Of a DNA stretch of 64,000 nt, positions 13,118 to 27,012 are shown piece by piece. The notes under the pieces were generated by a model. The model had not been told where the DNA came from, ran no database searches, and saw only the letters and a program-made list of their open reading frames with translations. Within the stretch, counting starts at the first letter, position 1, and the number at the start of each line of letters is the position of its first letter. Position numbers and translations under genes: made by a program. Source of the DNA: Octopus vulgaris (taxonomy: Eukaryota); assembly GCA_951406725.2 (NCBI GenBank), contig OX597834.1, positions 1,178,001 to 1,242,000 of the forward strand, written 5' to 3'.

Positions 13118-13563
13118 CTCTCTCGCTCTCTCTTTGCTTCTTCTCTCTATACCTCTCTACCACTTTTTCTGTCTCAATCTTTAGTTCTCGCTCTCTGTTC
13201 TCTGTCTATCTCCTTCTCTCTCTCATCTCTCTGTCTTTCGCTCTATCCCTCTTTCTCTATCTTTATTTCTCTCTTTTTCTCTTCTTTCCTCTCTCTATCA
13301 CTCTCTCTACCAATCTCTCACCTTTTCTATCTATCATTTCCATTTCTCTCTTTATCTGTCTACCCCCCCTCTCTCTCTCTCTCTATCCCTTTCTAAATCT
13401 CTCTGACTAAGTCTTTCTATCATTCTCGCCTCTCTTTTTCCATCTCTTCACTTCTCTAACTATCACCCCTGCCTCGCTGCTACCCTCCAACTCCCTCTCC
13501 ATTTCTTACCTTCTGTCTATAATACTCCTCCTCCTACTCTCTATTTTCATCTATCTCTCGCCT

Positions 13564-13627
<64 letters not shown>

Positions 13628-13630
13628 GGC
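13085..13630. repeat. (CT)n-rich polypyrimidine tract
   Basis: Direct inspection. Confidence 0.9.
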
Positions 13631-13782
13631 TTTCTACCTGTGCAATAACAATCAAACTACTTTGTTCTATTGCAATATGAAGTTGCAAACTTCCCATTTC
13701 TATTTGCACCAATTAGTAGAGAAAGGCAGCGGAAGGAAATTGGAAGGACGAAGCGATAAAGCTATCCTTCAATCGGTCGCGT

Positions 13783-13818
<36 letters not shown>

Positions 13819-14082
13819 TTCACATCAATCTACCAAGAGTCAGGTGTGTTAAATATATCACCCCAAAAATGAGAAGACAGTAACTATATGTTTACTACAG
13901 TGTTGCCCATAAACCCGATACTATTTGTAATAATCATATATATTATAAGCTTAAAACTTAAAGCTTATGAGCGACGGCCATGCATTGACTAAATTAAATA
14001 GTCTAATATTGGGGCATAGAAGCCCTCGACGGGAAATGTAGGCTTTGCCGTATGTATATGTGTCTGTGTATTTGTGTGTATG

Positions 14083-14194
<112 letters not shown>

Positions 14195-15148
14195 ATATGG
14201 AACACAAACACAGCGTATGCGGTTTTGCTAGTTCATGGGTAGGCTGAGCTTAGGCAGCAATTTAGTTTGCAACGAGTACGCGATGTTGACAAGTTACAAT
14301 GATGACGAAATATCGATTTGCCTCGTTTCCGAATGAGAACAGCTGCATTGATGAGAATATATATTCTCCTTCATTTATAAGCGCAGCCTACCCGTTAACT
14401 TGCAAAAACATAGCTTGTGTATGTCCATGGTTATCCTCTTTCTCTTCGCAAAGAGATATTCTCATCACTTGGACAGTTGACCTCTATGACGTTCCATACG
14501 TTTTTTGTCTGTCCCAAATAGCAATATCCGGTCTGTTGTGTTTACACTCGAGTTAATCGTTGTGCATGTATTCAATAACAGGAGGAATCTGTTAACTTAT
14601 TCCGAGACAGTCTTATGTATGTATGTATGTATGTATGTATGTATGTATGTATGTATGTATGTATGTATGTATGTATGCATGTACGCACACAAAAATACGC
14701 AAACACGCACACATACCAACAATACTACGTCTACCATCGGTTAACTCGGAAAATCGGCTGAAAGCGTTTAACGGAAGCCTACTTTATATATCAGACACAC
14801 AAACGGACAGCATTATCACATATTGTAAATGTAAATCGTTTATTTGAAATATTCCTCATCCATTGTAATAGTCTTATGATGAAATACATTTCATATTTTA
14901 AAAGAAATTACAGAGTTCGTTTCTATGGGTATTGACTGTTGCTATTGGTGGCATCGAGTGAACAGTCGCTGCTATGGCGGCTCTCGCCATCACAGTACAA
15001 GTCTGCAGTTGTATCGACCTAGCTTTCTTTATAATTCTGCATAGTCAGGTCAAGTGATGATGGTGAGACAGTGACGATGTTCGGTTTGTCTGTGTGTCGC
15101 TGTGAGGCGCTGTATGTCGGTATGTATCACTTTGTGGCCTGAGTGTGT

Positions 15149-15186
<38 letters not shown>

Positions 15187-16084
15187 CAATAGATGGATAT
15201 AAGATATAGGAATCTCTTTCGATGAGTTAATGTTTCCCAAGAAAGTAAAATGTCACCCGTTTCCAGAGAATTTGTCGAAGCAGTCCGACGAAATGTCAAG
15301 TGAATCTCAATTACTCGATAAGAAATTCCTTGTAATTCAAGACAATATTGCAGGCATTGAAGTGGTCGCTAGAAATAGTAGCTTAATCTCCCTCAATTCA
15401 CATACATACACATAATCTGACAAATTATAAGGAAGTTGCACTTTAGATATTACGATCCTAGATACACGTAATCTAAATTAAAGCTTGATTGTCATGGCTG
15501 GACCTTATCATAGATATGTTTAAACAAGGCTCACATAGACAGAGATCAACTACTACTAATATTACTACTACTACCGCTACTATTCTCCTCCTCTACTCCA
15601 CCTTCTCCTCTTCTAACAGCTACTACTACTCCTGCTACCACTATTAATACCGGCCACTTTTAAGGGGCGGGTGTTAGTCGATTACACCTAACCCAGTATA
15701 TTACTGGTACTTTATTTCATGGATTCTGAAAGTACGATGGGCAAAGTCGATTCGCGGATGAATATTTGAAAGCAGAACACAATGAAGTGGAGTGAATGCT
15801 GCAAAGCAATTTGTACGACGCACTCTATTGATTCTTATTAGATATCTGATCGAGTTGGCTTGATCTGCAAGTAGCGTCAGCTAAATCTCCTTCACAATAA
15901 GCGCCAGTTTCGTAGAACAAAAGATATATTGGACAACGTAATATGAGTTTGAAAACCTAGCTGCTGGGATGGTCACGGTTGGGACGCATTTGATCTAAGG
16001 TAGGTATATTCCAGACGGGCAGCTAAAGAACAACAACAAAACAACAGTAAAAAGAACAACAACAAAGCAACAACAACTATCTCC

Positions 16085-16324
16085 TCTTTTTACTTGTTTT
16101 AGCCATTCGACAGCGGTCATGCTGGGGCACCGCCTTGAATGAATCAAGCCCAGGACTTAATTCGATTTGCTTTTCTAAGCCTAGGAGTTATTCTATCGGT
16201 ATCTTTGGCCGAACCTCTAAGTTAATACACCAGCACCAGTTGTGAAGCGATGGTGCGGGGTACAGACACACACATACACGTATACATACATTATGTATAT
16301 AGACAGACAGACAGACAGACTGAC

Positions 16325-16398
<74 letters not shown>

Positions 16399-16660
16399 GT
16401 AGGTAGGTAGGTAGGTAGGTAGGTAGGTAGGTAGGTAGGTAGGTAGGTAGGTAAGTAGGTAGGTAGATAGATAGATGGAGTGTGTGTGTGAGAGAGAGAG
16501 AGATGACAGTCATCTTTCAGTTTCCGTCTACCAAATCCACTCACAAGGCTTTGGTTGACTCAAGGCTATAATGGAAAACATTTGCTTAATGTGCCACGCA
16601 GTGGAACTGATCCCGGAACTAAGTGGTTAGGAAGCAAGCTTGTTACCACGCAACTACGCC
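16085..16660 (-). mobile_element. SINE family A, full length, with internal (GATA)n/(GGTA)n expansion
   Basis: tRNA-like head at 16590-16660, TTTCAGTTTCCGTCTACCAAATCC body, 3' half at 16085-16265. Confidence 0.8.
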
Positions 16661-17273
16661 TCTTTATTCCAGAAAAAGCTTCCACGCACTGAATTTCATT
16701 GTGTTTGTTGTGATTTTTTCCAATGCTGGTTCTGCAAAAGCAAGAAGGACGGCCCCAATGATCGCAGTTTCTTAGAAGTTTTGGGTCTGGAGAGAACGAC
16801 TACAAAATTCTACATGTTTGAATTCAAAGCAGACTTTTACTTTGGATTGCTTTTTGTGTGACTGTCTTTGTAAAAAAACAGAAAATAACATTTCTCTCTT
16901 CATCTCAAATTTTTAGAACTAACCAACTGCGCTGAATCTAAAGCTTTCCCAGTGACACAAAGTACTTTATATAAATCTGTCTAATCTCGGTGCCTCTATG
17001 ATAAAAAAAAATACTAGTAGCTCTTATTTGGAATCCTGTGCACGTTAAGTGATATATCTCTTGCAACATAAGTGCTTCGGCACCCTCTCTCGCAATTAGG
17101 GACGATAAAAATTTTCCTTTTTAACCTTTATGGTATATTATATGCCTAGTAGTTTATATTAATTTTTAATACATGGATTAGCATTTCGTTAAATTTTATG
17201 GTAAAAATATTTCTACTGTCGGCCGGATTTCGCTAAACCATCGAGCGTTCCAGTAGTCCCTACTAACGAGCCT

Positions 17274-17300
17274 ACCACTGATGGCCGAAACTAGTCTGGT
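17274..17300 (+). ncRNA. Hammerhead-like motif lacking stem II
   Basis: ACCA-CTGATGG-CC-GAAA-CTAG-TC-TGGT: stem I ACCA/TGGT, palindromic stem III, GUC site. Confidence 0.45.
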
Positions 17301-17356
17301 CAACCGATCCTAGAGACGCTCGTGGGGCGGTTATCTCCCCTGTCAGTCTATATATA

Positions 17357-18002
17357 TCTATATATATAAAACTCAACTTGTGTGTCTGTCTGTGTGTGTG
17401 TGTCTGTGTGTTTAACTTCCCGGCACATCTCCTCCTAGCCAACAAATCGTAGAACCACCAAATATGGGTCACTTAAAGTTTAGGCGAATGAAAATTGAAC
17501 TGTTCTATTTCTGTTCCGAAATTCATCTAGCAAGTGCAAAAATCGATATAATGTGTTTGTTTAGGCCTTATAGATTATAGATTAAAGTTGGAGCATTGAA
17601 GGAGGAAACTCTAGAAAAACTATCAATGTTAGGGAGTTGCCTCACTTGGAAGAAATAATGGCTGAGTGATAGAATGGCATAAGATAGCGAGGGGAATGAG
17701 AGTGGTGTGAGGGGATAGGGGAAGTAAGATATAAAAATGTTTAGTGAAAGGGAATGGAGAATATGAAAAATACTGGTCTAAAAGAATAATTCAACAATGC
17801 AATTATTTGATCAACCAAAATTTATGAAACGCTTCTACGTACTTCCTATTGAGGAAATGGAACACATAAGCGCAAAAATAGAGGGCATTAAATGCTTGAT
17901 TTTAAAACCAAAATAATTGAATTTTGATAGAACTTCATCCAAGTTTAGCTTAATTCGCGCGTGCATAGAACGCACGAGCGCACGAGCCGGGCGATACTGC
18001 TA

Positions 18003-18003
<1 letters not shown>
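17357..18003 (+). mobile_element. Non-autonomous Helitron-like element
   Basis: 5' TCTATATATATAAAACT and 3' GCCGGGCGATACTG-CTAG; both termini shared with 26480-26982. Confidence 0.7.
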
Positions 18004-18083
<80 letters not shown>

Positions 18084-18084
18084 C

Positions 18085-18330
18085 TAGTTCGCTTGCCAGC
18101 TACGCATTGTGTCCTTGTGCAAGACCCCTTTATTCCACATTGCTCCAGGCCACTCAGCAGGCAAAAATGAGTTGTACCTGTAATTCACTAGGGGCCGGCC
18201 TTGTCACATCCTGTGGTTAATGGTAGGCGTGTCGGTGGGTACTGAGCCACTTCCACGTTTATTTCACAAACAGGTTGCTCTGTTGGCCGCTTTAACTGGA
18301 ACCCTCATCGTCGTAGCTGCCGGAGTGCCT
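18085..18330 (+). mobile_element. SINE family C fragment
   Basis: Similar to 37985-38292 (+) and 31262-31465 (-): GGCAAAAATGAGTTGTACC...TGTCACA...GTCGTA.C.G.CGGAGTG. Confidence 0.7.
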
Positions 18331-18338
18331 TACACACA

Positions 18339-18375
<37 letters not shown>

Positions 18376-19279
18376 ACACACACACACACACAAACACGCG
18401 CATAAAGGATCAACAAAAATCATATTAAGAATTGGTAAAGCCAGTTGTATCGGTAAACACACGATTAGTCGGGCGGACAGAGAGACAAATATGGGTAAAT
18501 ACGTACTTGCACGCATACATACATACATTATATATATATATATATATTTACTGCAATAAAAAGCAGCAAAAATATCACCAAAACGGTTACTCAGAGTTTC
18601 ACGTTCTCACTCGTGTAACAGTTCGGTTGAGAATGGAAGAAAATAAGGTTATATACATAAATATACAATTACTTTGTTAGATACACAATTTGAAAATGCT
18701 TTTGTTTCATTGGTCCTTTCAACTAACAATCTTTTCAATAACTGGATGCAGGAAATTACAATTGCGGTTTAAAATAATTATTATAAAAATCGAAGAAAAC
18801 CTTAAATCAAAAATACCTTATGTAGAATGGGAAAATGACCTGATTCTCCAGGGGAAATAATTAGTGGTAAAAAATAATAAATTTAAATAAATGAAAATAT
18901 CCGTTAAAAATAAACTTTCACGCAAAACATACATACACATACCAAACAACCTGTTGGTACATGGCTACATACAGATACAGACAAATATAGGCAAAACATA
19001 AATATATACAAATGCATATATATATGTATGCACGCACACACACGCACGCGCATAATACCTCCTGGTGTATCCTTCCTTATCCAACTTAGATGTTACAGTT
19101 GAGAGAAAGAAAACGAAAAGAACATCAGAGAATAACAAGTGGTGGAAGAAAGAAAAAAGGAAAAGAAAAAGAAAAATCTTTTAATTTATTGAAATTTATT
19201 TATTATTTTTACCACTAATTATTTACCTTGGGTATTCAGGCCATTATTCTACTTTGTTTCGCATTTATGTGCTTACTCT

Positions 19280-19312
<33 letters not shown>

Positions 19313-19879
19313 GTGCATATATCTATGTCATGTAAGTATTATTTTCGTAAGTGATAGTGAAAGACTACGTAGAGCTGGAGAGAGGGAGAGAGAGAGAGAG
19401 AGAGAGATATTAAGTGAACACTCAGCGTATCGTTCCCACTATTATAAACAAAATGCAACACAAATCCAGAAACCCGTTTGTCTGTATTATGTACAGCTAA
19501 GTCACACACACACACAGAGTGAACTACGATCTCATACGTATTGCATTTGCACAGAGACGCATCGACATCGCTACAATGACATCTGCATCCGCCTACAGAA
19601 GAAGTCAGTGGTAAGGTGGAGTGGTTAACACCTGTCAAAGTGTTATGATTGAGCGAGGCAAGAGCTGCGTCCTTGAATCCATCAATGATCTCACCTGGAC
19701 CGGGCAACGTTTATACACAATAACCTTGTTATAAAGATCGAGCAGTTTATCATTTAACCAGGCACCCCCCCGGGCCCCTTCCTTTCCATTTCCCTTTTAC
19801 TACATTTGTCTGGTCTTTAATCTCTCAGCTCTATGGATACCAGTTGATGAAAATGATATAAGAAATAACTGCGACGCGA

Positions 19880-19977
<98 letters not shown>

Positions 19978-21625
19978 TAATAGTAAATACAGAATAAAGA
20001 ATTATTTTCTTATGCTGTAAGCTCTCCCAAGGTTTCATTATAGATACAGCGAACATTGCTATTCATCATTCGTTACAACAGAACCAGTTTCCATTAAATG
20101 CTGAGTTAAATGGAACTCATTAAAATGATTTAAGTTTTATTCGTCGTTCCGGGAATTTCTAATACGTCTTTGATGCTAATCTGTAATGACCACTGGCCTT
20201 CTGTTGCCCAGTACAGGTGGCGTGAGCAGTGGAGAACAGCTGCACGGCCAACTGCTGGGTCTTGCCAAAACCCGTGCCTTGGACATGACACTCCTCTGTC
20301 ACCTGATCACATTCTACCAACACAGACGGAAGCCCGACTTTACTGGAACAGATTCACGTACCCCTGAGACATATGATGCTAGAGAAGAAAAAGGACGATA
20401 ACCTGATTATTCCGAGAGACACTATACGAAGGCAATGATTCCATTGATGTCTCCAAGACTGATCTGTTACAAGATTGGTTAACATTTGACAAACTGACGG
20501 AACTGACTCGAACAAACACAACAAATATAACGAGATTCTTAAATTTCACAGGATTATGGAATTGGAATTTTAAAGATTGCCAAATCCCATTTTTGCTTCT
20601 TCAGAAAGGTCATGTGATTTAGAAATGTTGTTCCCGGATGAAAAAACTACTCCACTCTTAGGTATTTCTCTCACTTTGTTGGCCCTAGTGATAGTAGTAG
20701 TAGTAGTTGTTGTTTTTGTTGTTGTTGTTGTCACTATTCCGTCATGATTTGGACATACCAGAGGACGATCAAACGCCCTCCATCTCTGTCCATCCAATAT
20801 TTTTAGGTTTTTTTCTCCCCTATTTACGATGTATGAAAATCATCATAGTCGAACATGCTCCTAAACTTTTATATCGATGTAATATATATAATATAAATAT
20901 AACTGATAATTTAGTTGTTGTTTCTAGCATGGCACATTGATCGCATGAAAAAAATATATATACATGCCTTCGTTAATCTCAAAGTCCTTATGTATCTGCC
21001 ATTTTTTCTGCTCCTCTCTTTCTCAAACCTCCCGCTTTTCCCCATTACTCTGATTAGCCCCCCCTCTCTCTCTACTATATCGCCTATTATTATCGCCAAG
21101 CACTTCTTCAATCACGAAGAACCCTCCCCTCTTCTGCCCCGCCATTCCAATCACCAACTAAAAGAAATATTCAAAGCTACTGTGAAAGGTAGAAAGATAA
21201 TCTTTTAAGTTTGTAAACTAATTTCAGATATACGAACTGAAAAACGTTGCTATGGTAACTAATATTACCTTTTGTACTGAGGTTGTCAATATGCTATGAA
21301 GGGAGGTTTCGCTGTGCTTTGAAGTAATAACAAAGGATTTAGCTGTTTGGTCTGATAGCAATAGGTTCTGTCATTGCTGGGGCATTGCGACCTTGGGGAG
21401 GGCGTTACATATTCCTAACACGGATAATAGATATCATCTCTATCTGCTCGAAAATGACTATCTACCTATTTATCTATCTTTCTATTTCTTTATTTATCTA
21501 ACAACCACTTCATATATGTATATATGTATATAGACAGTTATTTTTTTTATCAATAGTTAGCAGAGGCAATAGAGTGAATCAATGGCCGAAAGTTTCGTGT
21601 CTTAGCAGTTATAGATGGATAGATA

Positions 21626-21656
<31 letters not shown>

Positions 21657-22689
21657 GAGAGAGAGAGAAATTGCGAGATTGCGAGCGAGAGAGAGAGAGA
21701 GAGCAAGAGAGAGAGAGAGAGAGAGAGAGTAAGAGCTATTACGCATAAAACTCAGTATGCCACACAGGCATATCTTATATGTGATTTTCTGCGTCCAACC
21801 TTTATTAACTAATTACATTCATCCGCTCGCGCACACAACCGCACACACACAATCACAGCCACATACATCCACCTACACACGTATGCGCAGATGTCTGTTT
21901 GCCTAATTAGCAAAAAGTATCAATAAAACTAAATATATTTAAAATGTAACATTATTTTCTTCTTTTACTAAACAATCTTAATATGTCACTGTTCTCCAAA
22001 ACATCTGATGTCATAATAATAGTTAAGACTGTGTTACTTTAAAGAGGTTTTATAAGACCAAAGCATGTTCAAAATTGTCTTCAAATCTGCCGTGATCACA
22101 CTCACTTCTCAACTTCATGACAACAAGAACAGTTTTTGATTAATTTGCTTCTCTCAGATGTCTCTCTTACTTTTTAAACTAAATTTCTCATTAAAACTAA
22201 TATTTTTGTTTTAATTACAAATACAAATTTAATAAATTAAAAACACGCGGTTTCACTGCAGGATGTTAACTCATGATGATGTCGCATTTAGCCTATGAAT
22301 GTCGGTGTAGGATGTAGAATGTTTTATTTCGTTAAAGGAAAGAAAACACTAAAGGATCTAAAGGTGGTTGGCGTTGGCACCAATTCCGATTCTAGGAATG
22401 GTCTTTTCAGAGTATCGCCATATTCTTTATCCTTTCTGACACTAAACAATCAAGAAGTGGCACACTACTAATTACTCAACCTTTAATTATTCTATTATTC
22501 CGTAGTCATAGCAACAAACTTCGAGTATAGTCATACTCCGAGACTATTGCCATAAGAATCTAATATTGGGTTGACTTTGGGTCTCAGCGTTTACGGCACC
22601 ATACTCCCGACGTCATCATTTTTCCTCCATTATCCTAATTCCCATTATCATCATCATCATCCATTTCTACTTCATCATCATAATTCCCG

Positions 22690-23110
22690 CGGAACCCAGT
22701 GTATAGTTTGTACATGATATTCTGGTTTGACTACTCAGCGGTCATTTTTAGCCAAGGTGTCTTGGCTATTTTGGTGGGTATGAGGAAAGTGAGTGAAGTT
22801 GATGACCATTGGGGCAGTTCTTGTGTACTCTGGATACTTTCTTCATACAGTTGTATGAGACCTCGACGATCAAAGGAGAGCTATTTCAACCAATAACTTG
22901 TTATGATGTCTAAGCCTCGAGATTTCTTGTTTGATATTTTCTATACTACTGTTTCCAGTATTTCTGCTTCATATTGCTTTTGTTGGACATGCTAGCAGGA
23001 GTTCTGCTCCAGTTCTTTTAGCCATACAATTTGCTTTTTGAAATGATTATTTGTTTCCCATACAGATCTCCAGAAGCCCTCAACCTGATCTTTTGCCAGG
23101 TTTACTTTTA
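22690..23110 (-). pseudogene. Degraded R4/Dong-like ORF fragment
   Basis: Minus translation QVEGFWRSVWETNNHFKKQIVWLKELE...KKSRGLDIITSYWLK parallels EVQNFWKRIWSDKK...WKSPGKDRVPNFWL in the 45447-48770 ORF. Confidence 0.7.
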
Positions 23111-23427
23111 CAGAGATTGAACTTTTCGACTTGAAGCCGACTCAGGATCTCTGGCAAATAATTTATTATAATGTAAACCTTTTTGAACTCATAATATTCT
23201 GTGCGTTTATACCGATATTCCACTTAACTTTTTAATAATTCCTTCTGGAAAATATCGTTAACATGTTCTTGAGAATGATTATTTACGTTGTAATCTTTTG
23301 TGCCCAATATTTTAAGGAACTTGTTAAACTTCTTTATGTCCTTAACATATCCTTGTTACCAAAGACTTATATATGTAATGTAGCATTTTGTAACAACCAA
23401 TAATTAACGCAAACAAACTTCTACATG

Positions 23428-23472
23428 TTACTTTTGACAATCTATTTCCAAAGAGTGAAACCGGTAAAGTAA
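23428..23472 (+). ncRNA. Type I hammerhead, U3-A8 core variant
   Basis: TTACTT-TTGACAA-T-CTATTT-CC-AAAGAG-T-GAAA-CCGG-TA-AAGTAA: 6-bp stem I, stem II with one mismatch, palindromic stem III. Confidence 0.65.
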
Positions 23473-23511
23473 ATAAACATCTTTTAAAATTGCATTTTCA
23501 AATCTTCTTTC

Positions 23512-23542
<31 letters not shown>

Positions 23543-23544
<2 letters not shown>

Positions 23545-23818
23545 TGAGAGATTTGGTGTGTGAAAGAAGTGGTTGGATGTACAAAAAAATACAAAAGAGT
23601 GAAAAACTACAGAAGGCTCGTGTTATAAGGTTCAATGGTAAAACAGAAGGCTCGTGTTATAAGGTTCAATGGTAAAACATCTGTCAGGTTTACAGAGGAT
23701 TTCTCTAAAAACTATGTTACTATACACAAAAATTTATAACATTTTTCTAACATAACGACTTAAATATATTCTTTAACCTTATAACACAAGCCTTCTGTAG
23801 TTTTTTCACTCTTTTATG
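23543..23818. mobile_element. Fold-back element in (TA)n with a 34-bp tandem duplication
   Basis: 23593-23632 pairs with 23775-23815; unit 23609-23642 is repeated at 23643-23676; unpaired 50-nt end at 23543-23592. Confidence 0.65.
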
Positions 23819-23821
23819 TAT

Positions 23822-23887
<66 letters not shown>

Positions 23888-24905
23888 GTGTGTGTGTGTG
23901 TGTGTTGGTTTTTCAGCTGTAGCCGTGAGTTCTTGTCTCAGCTGATGCAGTTTGGAGTTTATGGTCTTGAATATTTTATCATCAAATCGCCTCTCTAGTT
24001 ATCGCTTGAGGTCTTCCTGGTGTATGAAGTTGTTCATAACAACAACGATCCGTGATATTCCTTTTTACAAGAATAAAATTTGGTTTCTTCAGTTCCGTGC
24101 TAGTTCAGGGTTTCTGTGTGAATTTTCATTGCTTGGTTTCAGCTGTTTGCGATGAGCTAGTAAACCTAAGACATATCAAAGGTTGCTTTCAGACCTGTGG
24201 ACAGGATTCTCTTCAGATATTGGTTTACTATTTCGTTTACTGCCACCAATTCTTATTTACAGCGTTTCTTTATTCAAACTGGTGTTATATGACCTGTCAT
24301 TGAAATTACGGTCGACGACATGTTCAAATATATCATCCCAAATACCTTGCAGGCATTCAGAGATGTTTGGTGACCTGCTGTTTGTAAAGTTTAGGTATAG
24401 AACTCAGCTAAATTGTTGCCATTCTGCTTACTGCTAGGGGTATTTAACTGTTCTGTCTGTCCATCAATAGGAGTGGAAAGATTATCTTCCATGGCTGGTT
24501 TTATAGTGCCAGCCTGCTTTGAATCAGACATTTCTGTTAGACGTATCGTTTTACACCTAATGATACGTTTTACTTGTTCATTTAAATGTCTTGGATAAAA
24601 ATCTAATTCTAGGTATGTATCTATATTTTATTTTGGCTCTCCTAGACTCTGGCTACTCTCACTTTCAGCAGTTGGTGTACAGGATAGTTAGGAAAGTTAC
24701 GAGTTCAAAATAAATGGAAAATTGTGTGTGCGTGTGTGCATTTTTATATATATATTTTTTAATCGACAGAATGTTATTGGGTCTCTCAAGGGCCGGCAGT
24801 TTCCTTCAAGGCACTTATCAAATTTTATTAAGGGACCTACACGAAACTCCTGGCCTTTGTGTCACTTTTTTAACTTTCTGGCGATTAAAATATATCGAGC
24901 ATGCA

Positions 24906-24964
<59 letters not shown>

Positions 24965-25341
24965 ACACATTTCATCTACTGGGTTTTATTTCTCGTATTT
25001 GTTCTATGAAACACGCAAGCATATATATACATATATATAAAAATGAATATATGTATATGCATGCACACACACAAACACGTTCATACCTATATAATTATAT
25101 GGATGTATGCACCTATGTATTTATGTACGAAAGTGTATGCACTTATGTGTTCTTGTGTGTGCATGTGGGTATATGTGGGTCTGTATGAGTGTGCTTATGG
25201 GCGTATTTATAAAAGCATTTATATTTCATTCTGCAATACGATGTGTCTTGGTGCAATCTTGAACTGAAATATAATTAAATGCACAGAAATTTCTATACAG
25301 TGTAGAGGAATGCACATATATATACACAGGTATATATATAC

Positions 25342-25374
<33 letters not shown>

Positions 25375-25564
25375 TACCATTCGCTGTATCTTCTATAATT
25401 GGAACGCTCTGACATCGGATAACCTTCTACAGAACAATTTTGATTTCTACTCAGAGAAATGGTATTTACAAATGGAACATGGTAAGTAGAAGAGAGAAAT
25501 ATATTCCTGGCAGCAATTATGTGTATGTATGTATGTATGTATGTATGTATGTATGTATGTATGT

Positions 25565-25604
<40 letters not shown>

Positions 25605-25729
25605 AATTATATATATATATATATAAATATGTGTTCATGTATATGCATGTGTGTGTATATATATGTATGTGTGTGTTTGTTTATACAGGCCTGTATAAGT
25701 ATATATATTTATATCTAAATGTATATGTC

Positions 25730-25915
25730 TTTTTTTATTCTTTTATTTGTTTCAGTCATTTGACTGCGGTCATGCTGGAGCACCGCCTTGAAGGTCTTTA
25801 GTAAAAAAAAGTCTACCTAGGGCTTATTCTATCCGTCTCTTTGGCCGAATAGGTAACTTACGAGGACGTAAACACTCCAACATTGGCTGTCAAGCAATGG
25901 TGTGAGGACAAACAC
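25730..25915 (-). mobile_element. SINE family A, 3' half
   Basis: Similarity to 1-190. Confidence 0.75.
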
Positions 25916-25938
25916 ATACACAATATATATATATATAT

Positions 25939-26352
25939 ACTCTCTTTTACTCTTTTACTTGTTTCAGTCATTTGACTGCGGCCATGCTGGAGCACCGCTT
26001 TTAATCGAGCAACTCAACCCCCGGGACTTATTCTTTTGTAAGCCCCGTACTTATTCTATCGGTCCCTTTTGCCGAACCGCTAAGTAACGGGGACATAAAC
26101 ACACCAGCATCGGTTGTCAAGCAATGCTAGGGGACAAACACAGACACACAAACACACACACGCATATATATATATATATATATACATATATACGAGGGGC
26201 TTCTTTCAGTTTCCGTCTACCAAATCCACTCACAAAGCTTTGGTTGACCCGAGGCTATAGTAGAAGACACTTGCCCAAGGCCCCACGCAGTGGGGCTGAA
26301 CCCGGAACCATGTGGTTGGTAGACAAGCTACTTACCACACAGCCACTACTGC

Positions 26353-26353
<1 letters not shown>
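25939..26353 (-). mobile_element. SINE family A, full length
   Basis: tRNA-like head (TGGCTGTGTGGTAAG A-box-like, GGTTCAGCCCC B-box-like), internal TA/TG run, (GAGTAAAA)n-type tail. Confidence 0.88.
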
Positions 26354-26413
<60 letters not shown>

Positions 26414-26479
26414 TGCATATATATATATATACATATATATATATACATATATATATATACATATATATATATACATATA

Positions 26480-26982
26480 TCTATATATATAAAACTCTAG
26501 TTGTGTGAGTGTCTGTCCCCTTCGATTTAGATTCCTAACTACTCTCACATTTTGCGGTGCAGTTTAACCAAATTCGGGTATCTTATAGTCGTGATTGATA
26601 TCGAGCCCGTCTGACTATTAGCGCGCGTCAACAATGAGTCTATGATTTTAAAAATAATTTAACATCATTTTTTATTCCATTTTAATGCATAAAATGCATC
26701 GTGTGTCGATGTCGGCGGAGTTGGCGTCCATGCTCACAGCTGCACCTGTTTGCTTCTCCCCCTTCCCTCCCTCGTGAAGCTGTGGGGAAGGGAGTGTAAA
26801 GAAATCAACGTCGTAAAGCGTTGTGAAGGAGACCAGCGTTCTTTTAGAACAACGACTTCATGGCTTGAAGACACCAAAACAAAAATGGCTAAGAAAGCCC
26901 GAATTTATAAGGGAAGTAACTCTCTAAAAATGCTTATATAGTTATTTCCCTTACAAACCCGAGCAACGCCGGGCGATACTGC
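26480..26982 (+). mobile_element. Non-autonomous Helitron-like element
   Basis: 5' TC start; 3' hairpin CCCG-AGCAACGC-CGGG then CGATACTGC; terminal CTAG altered. Confidence 0.7.
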
Positions 26983-27012
26983 GATAGTCAAGATAAACGT
27001 TCAAATAGCCAG

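Noticed and set aside
18582-18623. Minus-strand hammerhead remnant (GAAA-CTCTGAG-TA with a partial stem I)
   Set aside because: The CUGANGA box is unrecognisable (TACACGA), so it is too degraded to call.
20170-20420. Possible RLE endonuclease remnant (RKPD...AREEK)
   Set aside because: The motifs are short and spread over different frames; not enough to classify.
23905-24690. Possible degraded PLE or LINE coding remnant on the minus strand (KGISRIVVVMN)
   Set aside because: Many stops and only a weak motif resemblance.
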